Assembly: GCA_965648935.1 (NCBI GenBank)
Contig: CBFGIY010000017.1
Span: forward strand, 1-36,541
DNA length: 36,541 nucleotides
From: a candidate division WOR-3 bacterium
Lineage (GTDB): Bacteria; Hydrothermota; Tepidihabitantia; Tepidihabitantales; Tepidihabitantaceae
Reading direction: 5' to 3'
A model generated the notes under the pieces. The model did not search any database. It was not told the origin of the DNA and worked only from the letters and a program-made list of their open reading frames with translations. Made by a program: the position numbers and the translations under genes. How positions within the stretch are numbered: the first letter of the stretch is position 1; each line of letters starts with the position of its first letter. Of this stretch, positions 17,230 through 26,551 are shown one piece after another.

Positions 17230-17397
17230 ATGGGGTGAGCCCGGGGGTCAACCTGTAGACGAGGCATTCGACGAGCGGCGCAGCAAGGGCCGGTTCGAAG
17301 CCGGGCGCGAGCGCGGGTTCGAGCGCGAAGTTGAGCCTTTTCGCGAGTCGCGCGCAGAACCCGTCGGCCAGCCGTGACTTGAGCATCTGGCCGACAG
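17230..17397. repeat. Degenerate 12-bp-period tandem tract (14 units)
   Basis: Split into 12-mers from 17230, position 9 is A in 14/14 units, position 8 is G in 11/14 and position 10 is G or A in 13/14. Confidence 0.8.
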
Positions 17398-17531
17398 CGG
17401 CGGCCGGCCGGCCGCAGACAGGGGCGACAGGCCGTGAGGCGAAGGCGGGTTTCGGTCGAACGCTTGCTGCACAGACGGCGGGCGGGAGGGCGGGCGTCGA
17501 GGTCGGGAGTGAGCCGAAAGCCGTTGGCCGG

Positions 17532-18800
17532 TCAGGCCGCGGGGTCGGAGACCGGGCGCCAGGAAGGAGGGATGACGCGGGGGGCAGGCTGGCGTTCCTG
17601 CAGTCTGACGCGGGCAAGGGAGAATTCGCCGTAGCGGTCGTTGATGTCGTCGACCGCGGCGAAGAGCGAGCCGGTGTGCTGTTCTGCGAAGGCCGAGAGT
17701 TGCCTGGTGTCGCGGACGAGCCCGGAGACGCTGACCCCGAGCAGGCGCACCGCACGCGGCGGGCGGTACAGCTCCTCGAACAGCTTGAGGGCAATGGTGT
17801 AGATGCGGTGGCCGTCGTCGGTCCAGCTTTTCAGGCTGCGCTGGCGAATGAGGGTTTCAAAGTCACAGTAGCGCAGCACGAGCGAGATTGTGCGGCCGGA
17901 GAAGCGGTCGCGGCGCAGGCGGCGGCCGACCTGCTCGGATAGCTGGAGCAGGTGGCGCTGGATGACGGCCATATCCCGGGTGTCGCGGTCGAGGGTGAAG
18001 GAGTGGCCCATCGATCTGGTTTCGGGTTCGTGGTAATAGGGGTTGACCGGGCTGTCGTCGATGCCCTGGCCCATCCGGTGGAGGTGGAGCCCGAGCACGC
18101 CGAAGACGCGGACCAGCTCGCGCTCGGGGTGGCGGCCAAGCTGGCCGCAGGTCGTGATGCCGAGCCCGTGAAGCCGGGCCGCGGTTTTAGGCCCGATGCC
18201 GCAGAGTTCTTCGACCGGCAGGTCTTCAAGCAAGGCCGCCACGTCGGCCGGTTTGACCACGGTCAGGCCGTCGGGTTTGTGCATGTCGCCGACTAGCTTG
18301 GCAAGGAGCTTGTTGGGCGCGACCCCGACCGAGCAGGTGAGGCCGAAGGTTTCTCTCAGCCAGGCCTTGATGCGGCGGGCGACCGCTTCGGGCCCGCCGA
18401 AGAGATGGGCCGACTGGGTGACGTCGAGAAAGGCTTCGTCGATTGAGAACACTTCGACCTTGTCGGTGTAAGTGGCGTAGTGGGCGAGGATACGGGTCGA
18501 GGTGTCGACATACTTCGCCGGGTGGCCGCTGACGAGGATGATGTCGGGGCAGAGCCGGCGGGCGTCGGAGAGCATCATCGCGGTCTTGACGCCGCGGCGT
18601 TTGGCTTCATAGGAGGCGGCGGCGATGACCGTGCGGCCGTCCGGGTCGCCGCAGACGCCGACGGGTTTGCCGCGCAGGAAGGGGAATGTCTGCTGTTCAA
18701 CCGATGCGAAGAAGGCGTCCATATCGACGTGCAGCACCTGGCGCTCCCGGCGCGGCTCGGCCGGCCGCGGCGAGAGCGGCTGGAAGGTGGTGCTGAACAC
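17532..18800 (-). CDS. dinB: DNA polymerase IV (Y-family), about 422 aa
   Basis: [43 protein letters not shown] and KPDG motifs, plus C-terminal clamp motif RQLSAF. Probable GTG start at 18800. Confidence 0.95.
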   Translation of the reverse strand: MFSTTFQPLSPRPAEPRRERQVLHVDMDAFFASVEQQTFPFLRGKPVGVCGDPDGRTVIAAASYEAKRRGVKTAMMLSDARRLCPDIILVSGHPAKYVDTSTRILAHYATYTDKVEVFSIDEAFLDVTQSAHLFGGPEAVARRIKAWLRETFGLTCSVGVAPNKLLAKLVGDMHKPDGLTVVKPADVAALLEDLPVEELCGIGPKTAARLHGLGITTCGQLGRHPERELVRVFGVLGLHLHRMGQGIDDSPVNPYYHEPETRSMGHSFTLDRDTRDMAVIQRHLLQLSEQVGRRLRRDRFSGRTISLVLRYCDFETLIRQRSLKSWTDDGHRIYTIALKLFEELYRPPRAVRLLGVSVSGLVRDTRQLSAFAEQHTGSLFAAVDDINDRYGEFSLARVRLQERQPAPRVIPPSWRPVSDPAA

Positions 18801-18807
18801 GGCGCGG

Positions 18808-19194
18808 TTACTCGGCGTAGACGCCGGCGAGGGTCCAGTCGAGGTTTTTCGCGTTGTAGAGAAGCTCGAAGACGTTGGCGCCGTCCGAGACCGTGAAGTG
18901 GTAGACCTCGGATTCGCCGCGGTTCTCGCGCCAGACATAGGTGACGTCGCGGACCTTGTACTCGCGGTTGCGCCAGATGAAGAGCACCGGGCGCAGGCGG
19001 TCGTGGGGGAACCGGCGGTCGGCGCTTTCCTTGTACAGGGCGTAGACTTTCACCCTCTCGTTGATGCGGCTGTGGGTCATCGGTCGCTCCTTGGCGGGTT
19101 CAGGGGCGGGCTGGTCTTTCTGGGCCGGGACCTCGGGCCAGAAGGTTATCTGGCTCGGGCCGGTGGCAGGGCGCTTGAGGGCGGTGCTGTTCAT
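18808..19194 (-). CDS. Small SOS-cassette protein (DUF6504/ImuB-C-terminal-like beta domain), 128 aa; internal start at 19080 would give 90 aa
   Basis: AGGAGG RBS before ATG 19194 and AAGGAG before ATG 19080. Pattern RPVLFIWRNREYKV...YHFTVSDG...FELLY...W. Confidence 0.8.
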   Translation of the reverse strand: MNSTALKRPATGPSQITFWPEVPAQKDQPAPEPAKERPMTHSRINERVKVYALYKESADRRFPHDRLRPVLFIWRNREYKVRDVTYVWRENRGESEVYHFTVSDGANVFELLYNAKNLDWTLAGVYAE

Positions 19195-19207
19195 ATTTAC
19201 CTCCTGT

Positions 19208-19798
19208 CTAGCGGTAATTGCGCAAAAGGCCGACCACGACGCCGATGATGCTGAACTCGACGCGGGCCGGGTCAATCGTGATGGGCTCAAACTGCGGGTT
19301 TTCCGGGCGCAGGACGATTTTGCCGCCGCTGCGGTCGAGGCGTTTGACCGTGGCTTCGTTGTCGAGCAGGGCGGCGACGATCGCGCCGTTTTCGGCCGTG
19401 GCCTGCTGGCGCACGACCACGAGGTCGCCGTCCATTATGCCGGCGCCGGTCATGCTCTCGCCCTGGACCCGCAAGAGGAAGCAGTCGCGGAAGCGCTCGA
19501 GCGTGAACTGGGACTCGATGTTCTCGACCGCGAGCAGGGGAGAGCCGGCCGCGATGCGGCCGACCAGGGGCAGGGCGCCGGGCCGCTGGGCGGTGCGCAG
19601 GGTGCGGGCGCGATGGCCGCGGCGTTCGAGCAGTCCGTCGTGGACCAGAATGTCGAGATGATACTGCACGGCGCGCGTGCTTCTTATGCCGACAGCGAAG
19701 GCGATTTCCCGGACGCTGGGGGCAAAGCCGTGGTCAGCGGTGTACTGCCGGATGAAGTCGAGCATCTTCTGGCGGCGGTTCTTGTCTCTTGTAAACAT
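19208..19798 (-). CDS. lexA: SOS transcriptional repressor LexA, 196 aa
   Basis: HTH GFAPSVREIA...VQYHL, cleavage site RIAAG, catalytic GESM Ser and ATVKR Lys. Confidence 0.95.
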   Translation of the reverse strand: MFTRDKNRRQKMLDFIRQYTADHGFAPSVREIAFAVGIRSTRAVQYHLDILVHDGLLERRGHRARTLRTAQRPGALPLVGRIAAGSPLLAVENIESQFTLERFRDCFLLRVQGESMTGAGIMDGDLVVVRQQATAENGAIVAALLDNEATVKRLDRSGGKIVLRPENPQFEPITIDPARVEFSIIGVVVGLLRNYR

Positions 19799-19807
19799 CT
19801 GTTTACA
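19790..19807. promoter_or_regulatory. Putative LexA operator (SOS box)
   Basis: Perfect inverted repeat TGTAAACA-TC-TGTTTACA covering the predicted transcription start and the lexA ATG. Confidence 0.8.
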
Positions 19808-19834
19808 TTGTAGCCGCAGAGTCTTTTCTGTCAA
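19807..19834 (-). promoter_or_regulatory. Sigma70-type promoter of lexA-X-dinB
   Basis: TTGACA-N16-TACAAT, with the ATG 8 nt downstream. Confidence 0.8.
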
Positions 19835-19876
19835 TAGTTGATTGGGCCGGGGTCTTCGGGCGGGGCGGGTTGCGGG

Positions 19877-20683
19877 TCAGGTGCGGGCGGGGTGCGGTTC
19901 GGGCCGGGCCGGGTCAGGCGGGCGCATCGGCCGGATGCGGACCCGGTAGTCCCAGCCGAACTCGCGGTACCCGATTGCGCGGGCCGTGGCGATGGAGGCG
20001 AGGTTGCGGTCCGAGGTCTGGTGAATCGGTGTCTTGCCCGCGGCGAGGATCGCGGCGGTGGTGGCCGAGAGCACCGAGCTGCCGTAGCCGAGGCGGCGGT
20101 GGGAGTCGACCGTGCCCGCGAGCCCGATGTCGGCGACGCGGTCGCCGAGGTGGGGCACTTCGTAGGTGCCGCAGAGCGCGACCGGCCGGCTCGAGTCAAA
20201 CGCGACCTGGCAGGTGCCGGCGCGGACGCTGGGCTCGAGCCAGTCCTCGTAGAGGCCGGATTCGCGCAGGGCGGGCAGGTCGGCCCAGGTCACGGCGCGG
20301 CAGGGCCGGGTGACGCGGGGCCGGAAGGTCTCGGCCGCGCAGCAGTGAATCGGGCCGGAAGCGGTCGAGAGCTCGCCCAGAAGGCTGCGGCGCGCATCGA
20401 CCAGCCGGGCGAGTTCGTCAAGGCAGCGGGGTTCGCGGATGCGGGCGAAGCCGTAGCGGTCGAGAATGCGGCGCACGGGTTTGTAGAGCTGGGCCTGGAC
20501 CGAGAGCGCGGCGCGGTTCTCGAACACGATCAGCCAGAGCGCGAAGACGTCGGCGTAGTTGGGCTCGGGCCGCTCGCGCCGGTCCGAGGCGGCGACGCGC
20601 AGCTCGCGCGGGGCGACCCCGGCCAGGTCGCATTCAAGGTAGGCCGAGAAGAAGTCGGCGGTGTCGAGGAAGGCGTCTGCCAC
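19877..20683 (-). CDS. GNAT family N-acetyltransferase, about 268 aa
   Basis: C-terminal TVDSHRRLGYG (motif A) and NLASIATARAIGY (motif B). Probable GTG at 20683, downstream of TTGACT(20742)-N17-TACTAT. Confidence 0.75.
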   Translation of the reverse strand: MADAFLDTADFFSAYLECDLAGVAPRELRVAASDRRERPEPNYADVFALWLIVFENRAALSVQAQLYKPVRRILDRYGFARIREPRCLDELARLVDARRSLLGELSTASGPIHCCAAETFRPRVTRPCRAVTWADLPALRESGLYEDWLEPSVRAGTCQVAFDSSRPVALCGTYEVPHLGDRVADIGLAGTVDSHRRLGYGSSVLSATTAAILAAGKTPIHQTSDRNLASIATARAIGYREFGWDYRVRIRPMRPPDPARPEPHPART

Positions 20684-20738
20684 TGTGCAACACTCTCGCT
20701 GTGCGAACTGGAGATAGTAGGCCGCCGGCGCGGCCGAG

Positions 20739-21203
20739 TCAAGGCTGCGGCAGGCCCGCGACGCGCGCGCCGGGCCGGATGCCGCGCGCGGCAAACCAGC
20801 CCCGGTTCATCTCCAGCGCATAGGGCACGGGCCGGGACGAGGCATAGAGCGTGGTCGTGTCCAGCGGCGTCATCTCGAGGATGTCGGTGATGGTGCCGGC
20901 CGAATCGATGTAGGCGATGCTCAACGGGATGAGCGTGTTCTTCATCCAGAAGCGCTGGAACTCGGCCGAGTCGAAGACGAAAAGCATACCCGAGTCCGGG
21001 GCGAGCGCGGTGCGGTACATCAGGCCCTGGGTGCGTTCGTCGGCGCGGGCCGCGACTTCGGCATAGGCCGTGAAGCTGTCGATGGTCAGTTTCGCGACCG
21101 GCAGGCTGAAGCGGTACGATTCGGCCGCGGCCGGCCGCGGGGCCGCACCCGGGCGGCCGCAGGCGAGCGGAACAAGCGAAGCGAGCAGGAGCAGGCGGCG
21201 CAT
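20739..21203 (-). CDS. DUF192 family lipoprotein, 154 aa
   Basis: Lipobox-like LVPLAC; AEVA...GLMYR...GMLFVF...FWMKNTLIPLSIAYID...YALEMN. TGATG overlap with glyS. Confidence 0.9.
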   Translation of the reverse strand: MRRLLLLASLVPLACGRPGAAPRPAAAESYRFSLPVAKLTIDSFTAYAEVAARADERTQGLMYRTALAPDSGMLFVFDSAEFQRFWMKNTLIPLSIAYIDSAGTITDILEMTPLDTTTLYASSRPVPYALEMNRGWFAARGIRPGARVAGLPQP

Positions 21204-23278
21204 CAGGCCGCGGTTTCGCCCTCGATGACGATGCGCGACAGGTCGGCGGCGCGGCCGAACAGGGCGCGGACATAGGCAAGCAGGCGCAGCCGGTTGGCGC
21301 GGACCGCCGGATCCTCGGCCATCACCAGCACGTCGTCAAAGAACTTGTCGATGACCGGGCGCAGCCCGAGCAGGAGCCGGAACGCCTCGCCGAAATCGCC
21401 GCCCGCGACCCGGGCCTCGATGGCGGGCGCGGCCGACGCGGCCGCCTGCCAGAGCTCGCGCTCGGTCGGCTCGGCCAGCAGCGCCGGGTCCGGCTCGCCG
21501 GTCACCTGCTCTTTTTTGAGGATGTTGGCGACGCGCTTCTGGCCGATGACCAGGCGTGCGAACTCGGGGCGCGCGCGGAACTCGACGAGGGCCCGGGCCG
21601 AGGCGAGCGCGACCAGCGGCCGGTCGGCGAAGGCCGAGAGCACCGCGTTGGCGACATCGTACGGGACAGCGCGGTCGGCGAGGGCCTGGGCCGTGCGTTC
21701 GAGAAAGAACGCGGGCAGCCTGGCGGCGTGTTCGGGGTCGGGCGACGCGAACAGGCCGAGCGCGTGGCGGGTGAGCGCGCCGAGGTCGACCGGCAGGCCG
21801 CGCTCGAGGATGATGGCGAGCACGCCGCCGGCCTGGCGGCGGAGCGCGAACGGGTCCTCGGAGCCGCTGGGAATCGCGCCGGTCAGGAAGGTGGCGACGA
21901 TGTTGTCGGTCTTGTCGGCGATGGCGAGCAGGGCGCCGGCGCGCGACTCGGGCAGGCGGTCGCCGGCGAAGTTGGGCAGGTAGTGCTCGGCGATGGCCGC
22001 GGCGACCGGCTCGGGCTCGCCCAGGAGCCGGGCGTAGATGCCGCCGACCTGGCCCTGCAGCGAGGTGAACTCCTTCTCCCGGACCATGTCGGTGAGCAGG
22101 TCGGCCTTGCACAGCAGCGCGGCGCGGTCGAGCGCGGCGGCGTCGACTCCGGGCACGCTCGCGGCGAGGAAGCGGCAGAGCGCGCGCAGCCGCTCGGTCT
22201 TGTCAAAGAGCGTGCCCATGCCCTCAATCCAGGTGACGCGCTTCTCGTCCTCGACCAGCGGGGCGAGGCCGCGCGCGAGGTCGGCGTCGTAGAAGAACCG
22301 GGCGTCGCGCAGGCGCGACTCGATGGCTTTCTCGTACCAGGCCGCGACCGCGGCCCGGTCGCAGTCCGGGGTATTGGTGACCGCGACGAAGTGCGGCAGG
22401 AGCGTTCCGTCCGGCCGCCGCAGCGAGAAGCAGCGCTGGTGCTTCTTCAGGGCGGTGATGAGCACCGCGGCGGGCAGGGCGAGGTGCTCCGGGCGGAACG
22501 AGCCGAGGATGAGCTCGGGATACTCGGTGACGTCGGCGGTCTCCTCGAGCAGCTCGTCGTCGGGCACCGGCGCGCCGCCGGCCCCGGCCGCGAGCCGCTC
22601 GAGTTCGGCGGCGATGCGCGCGCGGCGTTCGGCGTGCGCCGGGATGACCCACTTGTCGTGCAGGGCCGATTCGTAGTCGCCGGGCTGTCTGAGTTCGAGC
22701 GTGCGCGGCGCGGCGTTGCGGTGGCCGCAGGTGACCGCGCCGCTGACAAGCCCGGCAAGCTCGAACCGCACCGGTTCCGACCCGAGCAGGCAGACCAGCC
22801 AGCGCACCGGCCGGGCGAAAGCGAAACCGTGCTCGTTCCAGCGCATCAGCCGGGGCGAGGGCAGGGTGCGGATGAGCGCGGGCAGTTCGGCCGCGAGGAG
22901 CCGGGCAACGGGCAGGGCGGGCGCGGTGCGGCGCGCGAAGGCGTACTCGCCGCGCGGCGTGGCCTTGACGTAGAGGCTCTCGACCGGGCAGCCCTGGGCC
23001 GCGCTGAAGCCCTGGGCCACGCGGGTCGGCCTGCCCTCGGAGTCAAACGCGGCCTTGCGCGGCGGACCCTGTACCTCGACCTCGCGCGCCGGCCGCTCGG
23101 CCGGGACGTCCGACACCCGGACCGCGATGCGGCGCGGGGTCCAGAACGCCTCGGCCGCGCCGGCCGCGATGTCGTGCTCGGACAACAGCGCGCAGACGCG
23201 GCGCCTGAGTTCGGCGGCCGCGGGCTCAAGCAGCGATGCCGGGATTTCCTCGGTGCCGATTTCGAGCAGCAATTGCAT
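21203..23278 (-). CDS. glyS: Glycine--tRNA ligase beta subunit, 691 aa
   Basis: LLLEIGTEEIP, TPRR, FARPVRW, RLRDARFF, CKADL, EF-x-SLQG, PSGSEDPFALRR and NRLRLL motifs. ATG 23278 lies 7 nt after a TATGAT -10. Confidence 0.96.
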   Translation of the reverse strand: MQLLLEIGTEEIPASLLEPAAAELRRRVCALLSEHDIAAGAAEAFWTPRRIAVRVSDVPAERPAREVEVQGPPRKAAFDSEGRPTRVAQGFSAAQGCPVESLYVKATPRGEYAFARRTAPALPVARLLAAELPALIRTLPSPRLMRWNEHGFAFARPVRWLVCLLGSEPVRFELAGLVSGAVTCGHRNAAPRTLELRQPGDYESALHDKWVIPAHAERRARIAAELERLAAGAGGAPVPDDELLEETADVTEYPELILGSFRPEHLALPAAVLITALKKHQRCFSLRRPDGTLLPHFVAVTNTPDCDRAAVAAWYEKAIESRLRDARFFYDADLARGLAPLVEDEKRVTWIEGMGTLFDKTERLRALCRFLAASVPGVDAAALDRAALLCKADLLTDMVREKEFTSLQGQVGGIYARLLGEPEPVAAAIAEHYLPNFAGDRLPESRAGALLAIADKTDNIVATFLTGAIPSGSEDPFALRRQAGGVLAIILERGLPVDLGALTRHALGLFASPDPEHAARLPAFFLERTAQALADRAVPYDVANAVLSAFADRPLVALASARALVEFRARPEFARLVIGQKRVANILKKEQVTGEPDPALLAEPTERELWQAAASAAPAIEARVAGGDFGEAFRLLLGLRPVIDKFFDDVLVMAEDPAVRANRLRLLAYVRALFGRAADLSRIVIEGETAA

Positions 23279-23285
23279 CGCGGCC

Positions 23286-23313
23286 ATCATAGGATGACGC
23301 CCGGCAGAGTCAA
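23286..23313 (-). promoter_or_regulatory. Sigma70-type promoter of glyS (likely leaderless)
   Basis: TTGACT-N16-TATGAT, then 7 nt to the ATG. Confidence 0.7.
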
Positions 23314-23336
23314 GCCGACCGGGCGCGGATGCGCTA

Positions 23337-23365
23337 TTGACAAACGGTCTAGGAAATACTACATT
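23337..23365 (+). promoter_or_regulatory. Sigma70-type promoter of the repeat protein-purD operon
   Basis: TTGACA-N17-TACATT; GGAGG RBS at 23373-23377. Confidence 0.7.
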
Positions 23366-23384
23366 GTGCCCGGGAGGACTGACG

Positions 23385-23953
23385 ATGAAAAGACCCTACA
23401 AGCGCTGGTCCAAGGATGAAGTCATCCGCATCATCAAGGAGATGCACTCCAAGGGTGTGCCGCTCAACTCCGGCAGTATAGCAAAACGCATGCCCGCGCT
23501 GGCCTATGCCGGGCGCAAGTACCTGGGCAGCTGGGAAGCCGCGGTCACCGCGGCCGGGTTCGACTATGGCTCGGTCCGGCGCAAGAGCTTCTGGAACCGG
23601 ACGCGCGTGGTCGAGCGCATCCGCGAACTGAAGGAGGCGGGCAAGCCGCTGCACGTCAGCGCGGCCGAGCGCGAGTACGGCGGGCTGGTCGGCGCGGCGT
23701 CGGTGTACTTCGGTTCGTGGCGCCAGGCGATTCGCGCCGCCGGGCTGGACTATGCCAAGATCAAGCGTCAGAAGGACTGGTCCAAGCCGCTGATAATCGC
23801 CGAGATGCGCCGGATGAACAACCAGGGCCTGCCGATGCACACGACCATCGCGGTGCGCCGGGAGTACCGGATACTGCACGCTGCGGCGGTGCGTTACTTC
23901 GGTTCGTGGGCGGCGGCGCTCAGGGCAGCCCGGCTGGAAAAGGTGGTCAAGAA

Positions 23954-23957
<4 letters not shown>
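23385..23957 (+). CDS. Basic protein of three approx. 62-aa repeats (homing-endonuclease-associated-repeat-like), putative DNA-binding, 190 aa
   Basis: Three copies of W[SN][KR]xx[VI][IV]...G-x-P[LM]...Y[LF]GSWxxAxxAA. Lys/Arg-rich, with RBS and promoter. Confidence 0.8.
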
Positions 23958-25216
<1,259 letters not shown>

Positions 25217-25233
25217 GCCGCGCCCGGCCGCGG

Positions 25234-25261
25234 TTGACAGCTCTCTAAACTCGGCAATACT
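25234..25261 (+). promoter_or_regulatory. Possible sigma70-type promoter of the acyl-CoA dehydrogenase operon
   Basis: TTGACA-N16-AATACT; the -10 is imperfect. Confidence 0.5.
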
Positions 25262-25339
25262 TCACGCGACAGACTGCCGCGGGCCGGTCCGTTGCGCCGC
25301 GCGGCGCGACTGCCCTGACAATGAATAACGGAGGATGGC

Positions 25340-26491
25340 GTGGAATACTTCCTGACTGACACGCAGAAGGAAATCCGGGACCTGGCCCGGCGTTTCGCAC
25401 TGGAGAAGATGAAGCCGGTGCGGCAGGAGCTTGACCAGAAGGGCGAGTTTCCTTTCGAGATCATGGCGGGCCTGGCCGAGCTCGGCCTGATGGGCGTTTA
25501 CATTCCCGAGGAGTACGGCGGGCTGGGCGGCGGGATAATGGAGATGTGCCTTGTTGTCGAGGAGCTGTGCCGGGTCGACGGCGCGGCCGGGCTGTGCTAC
25601 GCCGCGTGCGGCCTGGGCACTTTCCCGATAATCCTCGGCGGCACCGAGGAGCAGAAGAAGAAGTGGCTGCCGCGGCTGGCCGCGGGCGAGATAGCGGCGT
25701 TCGGCATCACCGAGGCGAGCGCGGGCTCGGACGCCTCGAATGTCAAGACCCGTGCGGTGCGCGACGGCGACCACTACGTGCTCAACGGCACCAAGCAGTT
25801 CATCACCAACGGCTCGGTCGCGAAGATCTACTCGGTCGTCGCGTCGACCAACCCGGCCAAGGGCGCGCGCGGCCTGTCGGCGTTCATCATCGAGGACGGC
25901 GTCCCCGGTTTCACCTACGGCAAGATCGAGGACAAGATGGGCATTCGCTGCTCCAAGACCTCGGAGCTGGTGTTCCAGGACTGCCGCGTGCCGGCCGAAA
26001 ACCTGATCGGCGGCAAGGAAGGCTACGGGTTCATCCACACGATGAAGACTTTTGACCGGACCCGGCCGGGCGTCGCGGCGCAGGCGCTGGGCATCGCGGC
26101 CGGGGCGCTGGACGAGTCGATCGAGTACGCCAAGACGCGCATACAGTTCGACCAGCCCATCGCCAGCTTCCAGGCGGTCCAGCTGATGCTGGCCGATATG
26201 GCGATCGCGGTCGAGTCGTCGCGGGCCCTGGTCTATGAAGCGGCCCGGGCCGCCGACGCGGGGATGAAGAACATCTCGGCCATCGCGTCGATGGCCAAGG
26301 TGCTCGCCTCGGACACCGCGATGAAGGTGACGACCGACGCGGTCCAGGTGTTCGGCGGGTACGGCTACATGCGCGAGTACCCGGTTGAGAAGATGATGCG
26401 CGATGCCAAGATAACCCAGATCTACGAGGGCACCAACCAGATCCAGCGGCTGGTCATCGCGTCGGAACTCATAAAGGGCACGGCGTGGTAA
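25340..26491 (+). CDS. Acyl-CoA dehydrogenase (short/branched-chain type), 383 aa
   Basis: FGITEASAGSD, LNGTKQFITNG, KMGIR, AVQVFGGYGY and IYEGTNQIQR motifs; GGAGG RBS. Confidence 0.95.
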   Translation: MEYFLTDTQKEIRDLARRFALEKMKPVRQELDQKGEFPFEIMAGLAELGLMGVYIPEEYGGLGGGIMEMCLVVEELCRVDGAAGLCYAACGLGTFPIILGGTEEQKKKWLPRLAAGEIAAFGITEASAGSDASNVKTRAVRDGDHYVLNGTKQFITNGSVAKIYSVVASTNPAKGARGLSAFIIEDGVPGFTYGKIEDKMGIRCSKTSELVFQDCRVPAENLIGGKEGYGFIHTMKTFDRTRPGVAAQALGIAAGALDESIEYAKTRIQFDQPIASFQAVQLMLADMAIAVESSRALVYEAARAADAGMKNISAIASMAKVLASDTAMKVTTDAVQVFGGYGYMREYPVEKMMRDAKITQIYEGTNQIQRLVIASELIKGTAW

Positions 26492-26551
26492 GAGAAGGCA
26501 GAGGGCGCGCGGACGCAGCTGCCGCAGCGGCTGGCGACGAAGGGCAGAGAG

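Noticed and set aside
17230..17397. Possible CRISPR array or iteron set
   Set aside because: There are no identical repeats with unique spacers, the period is only 12 nt, and no cas or rep genes are present.
17132..17794. 841-aa ORF call extending MnmG by 221 aa
   Set aside because: MnmG homology begins at about 17131, a promoter sits immediately upstream of it, and the far extension overlaps dinB in another frame. Only the periodic part is kept as a finding.
19835..19925. G-rich run (possible G-quadruplex or repeat) at the GNAT 3' end
   Set aside because: It is explained by a Pro-rich C-terminal tail on the minus strand and high GC, with no regular unit.
21203..23278. glyS without adjacent glyQ
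   Set aside because: Split glyQ/glyS loci are common, and glyQ may lie outside the window.
25217..25339. Possible structured RNA in the acyl-CoA dehydrogenase leader
   Set aside because: It is GC-rich, but I found no recognisable riboswitch or tRNA motif and no convincing long stem.
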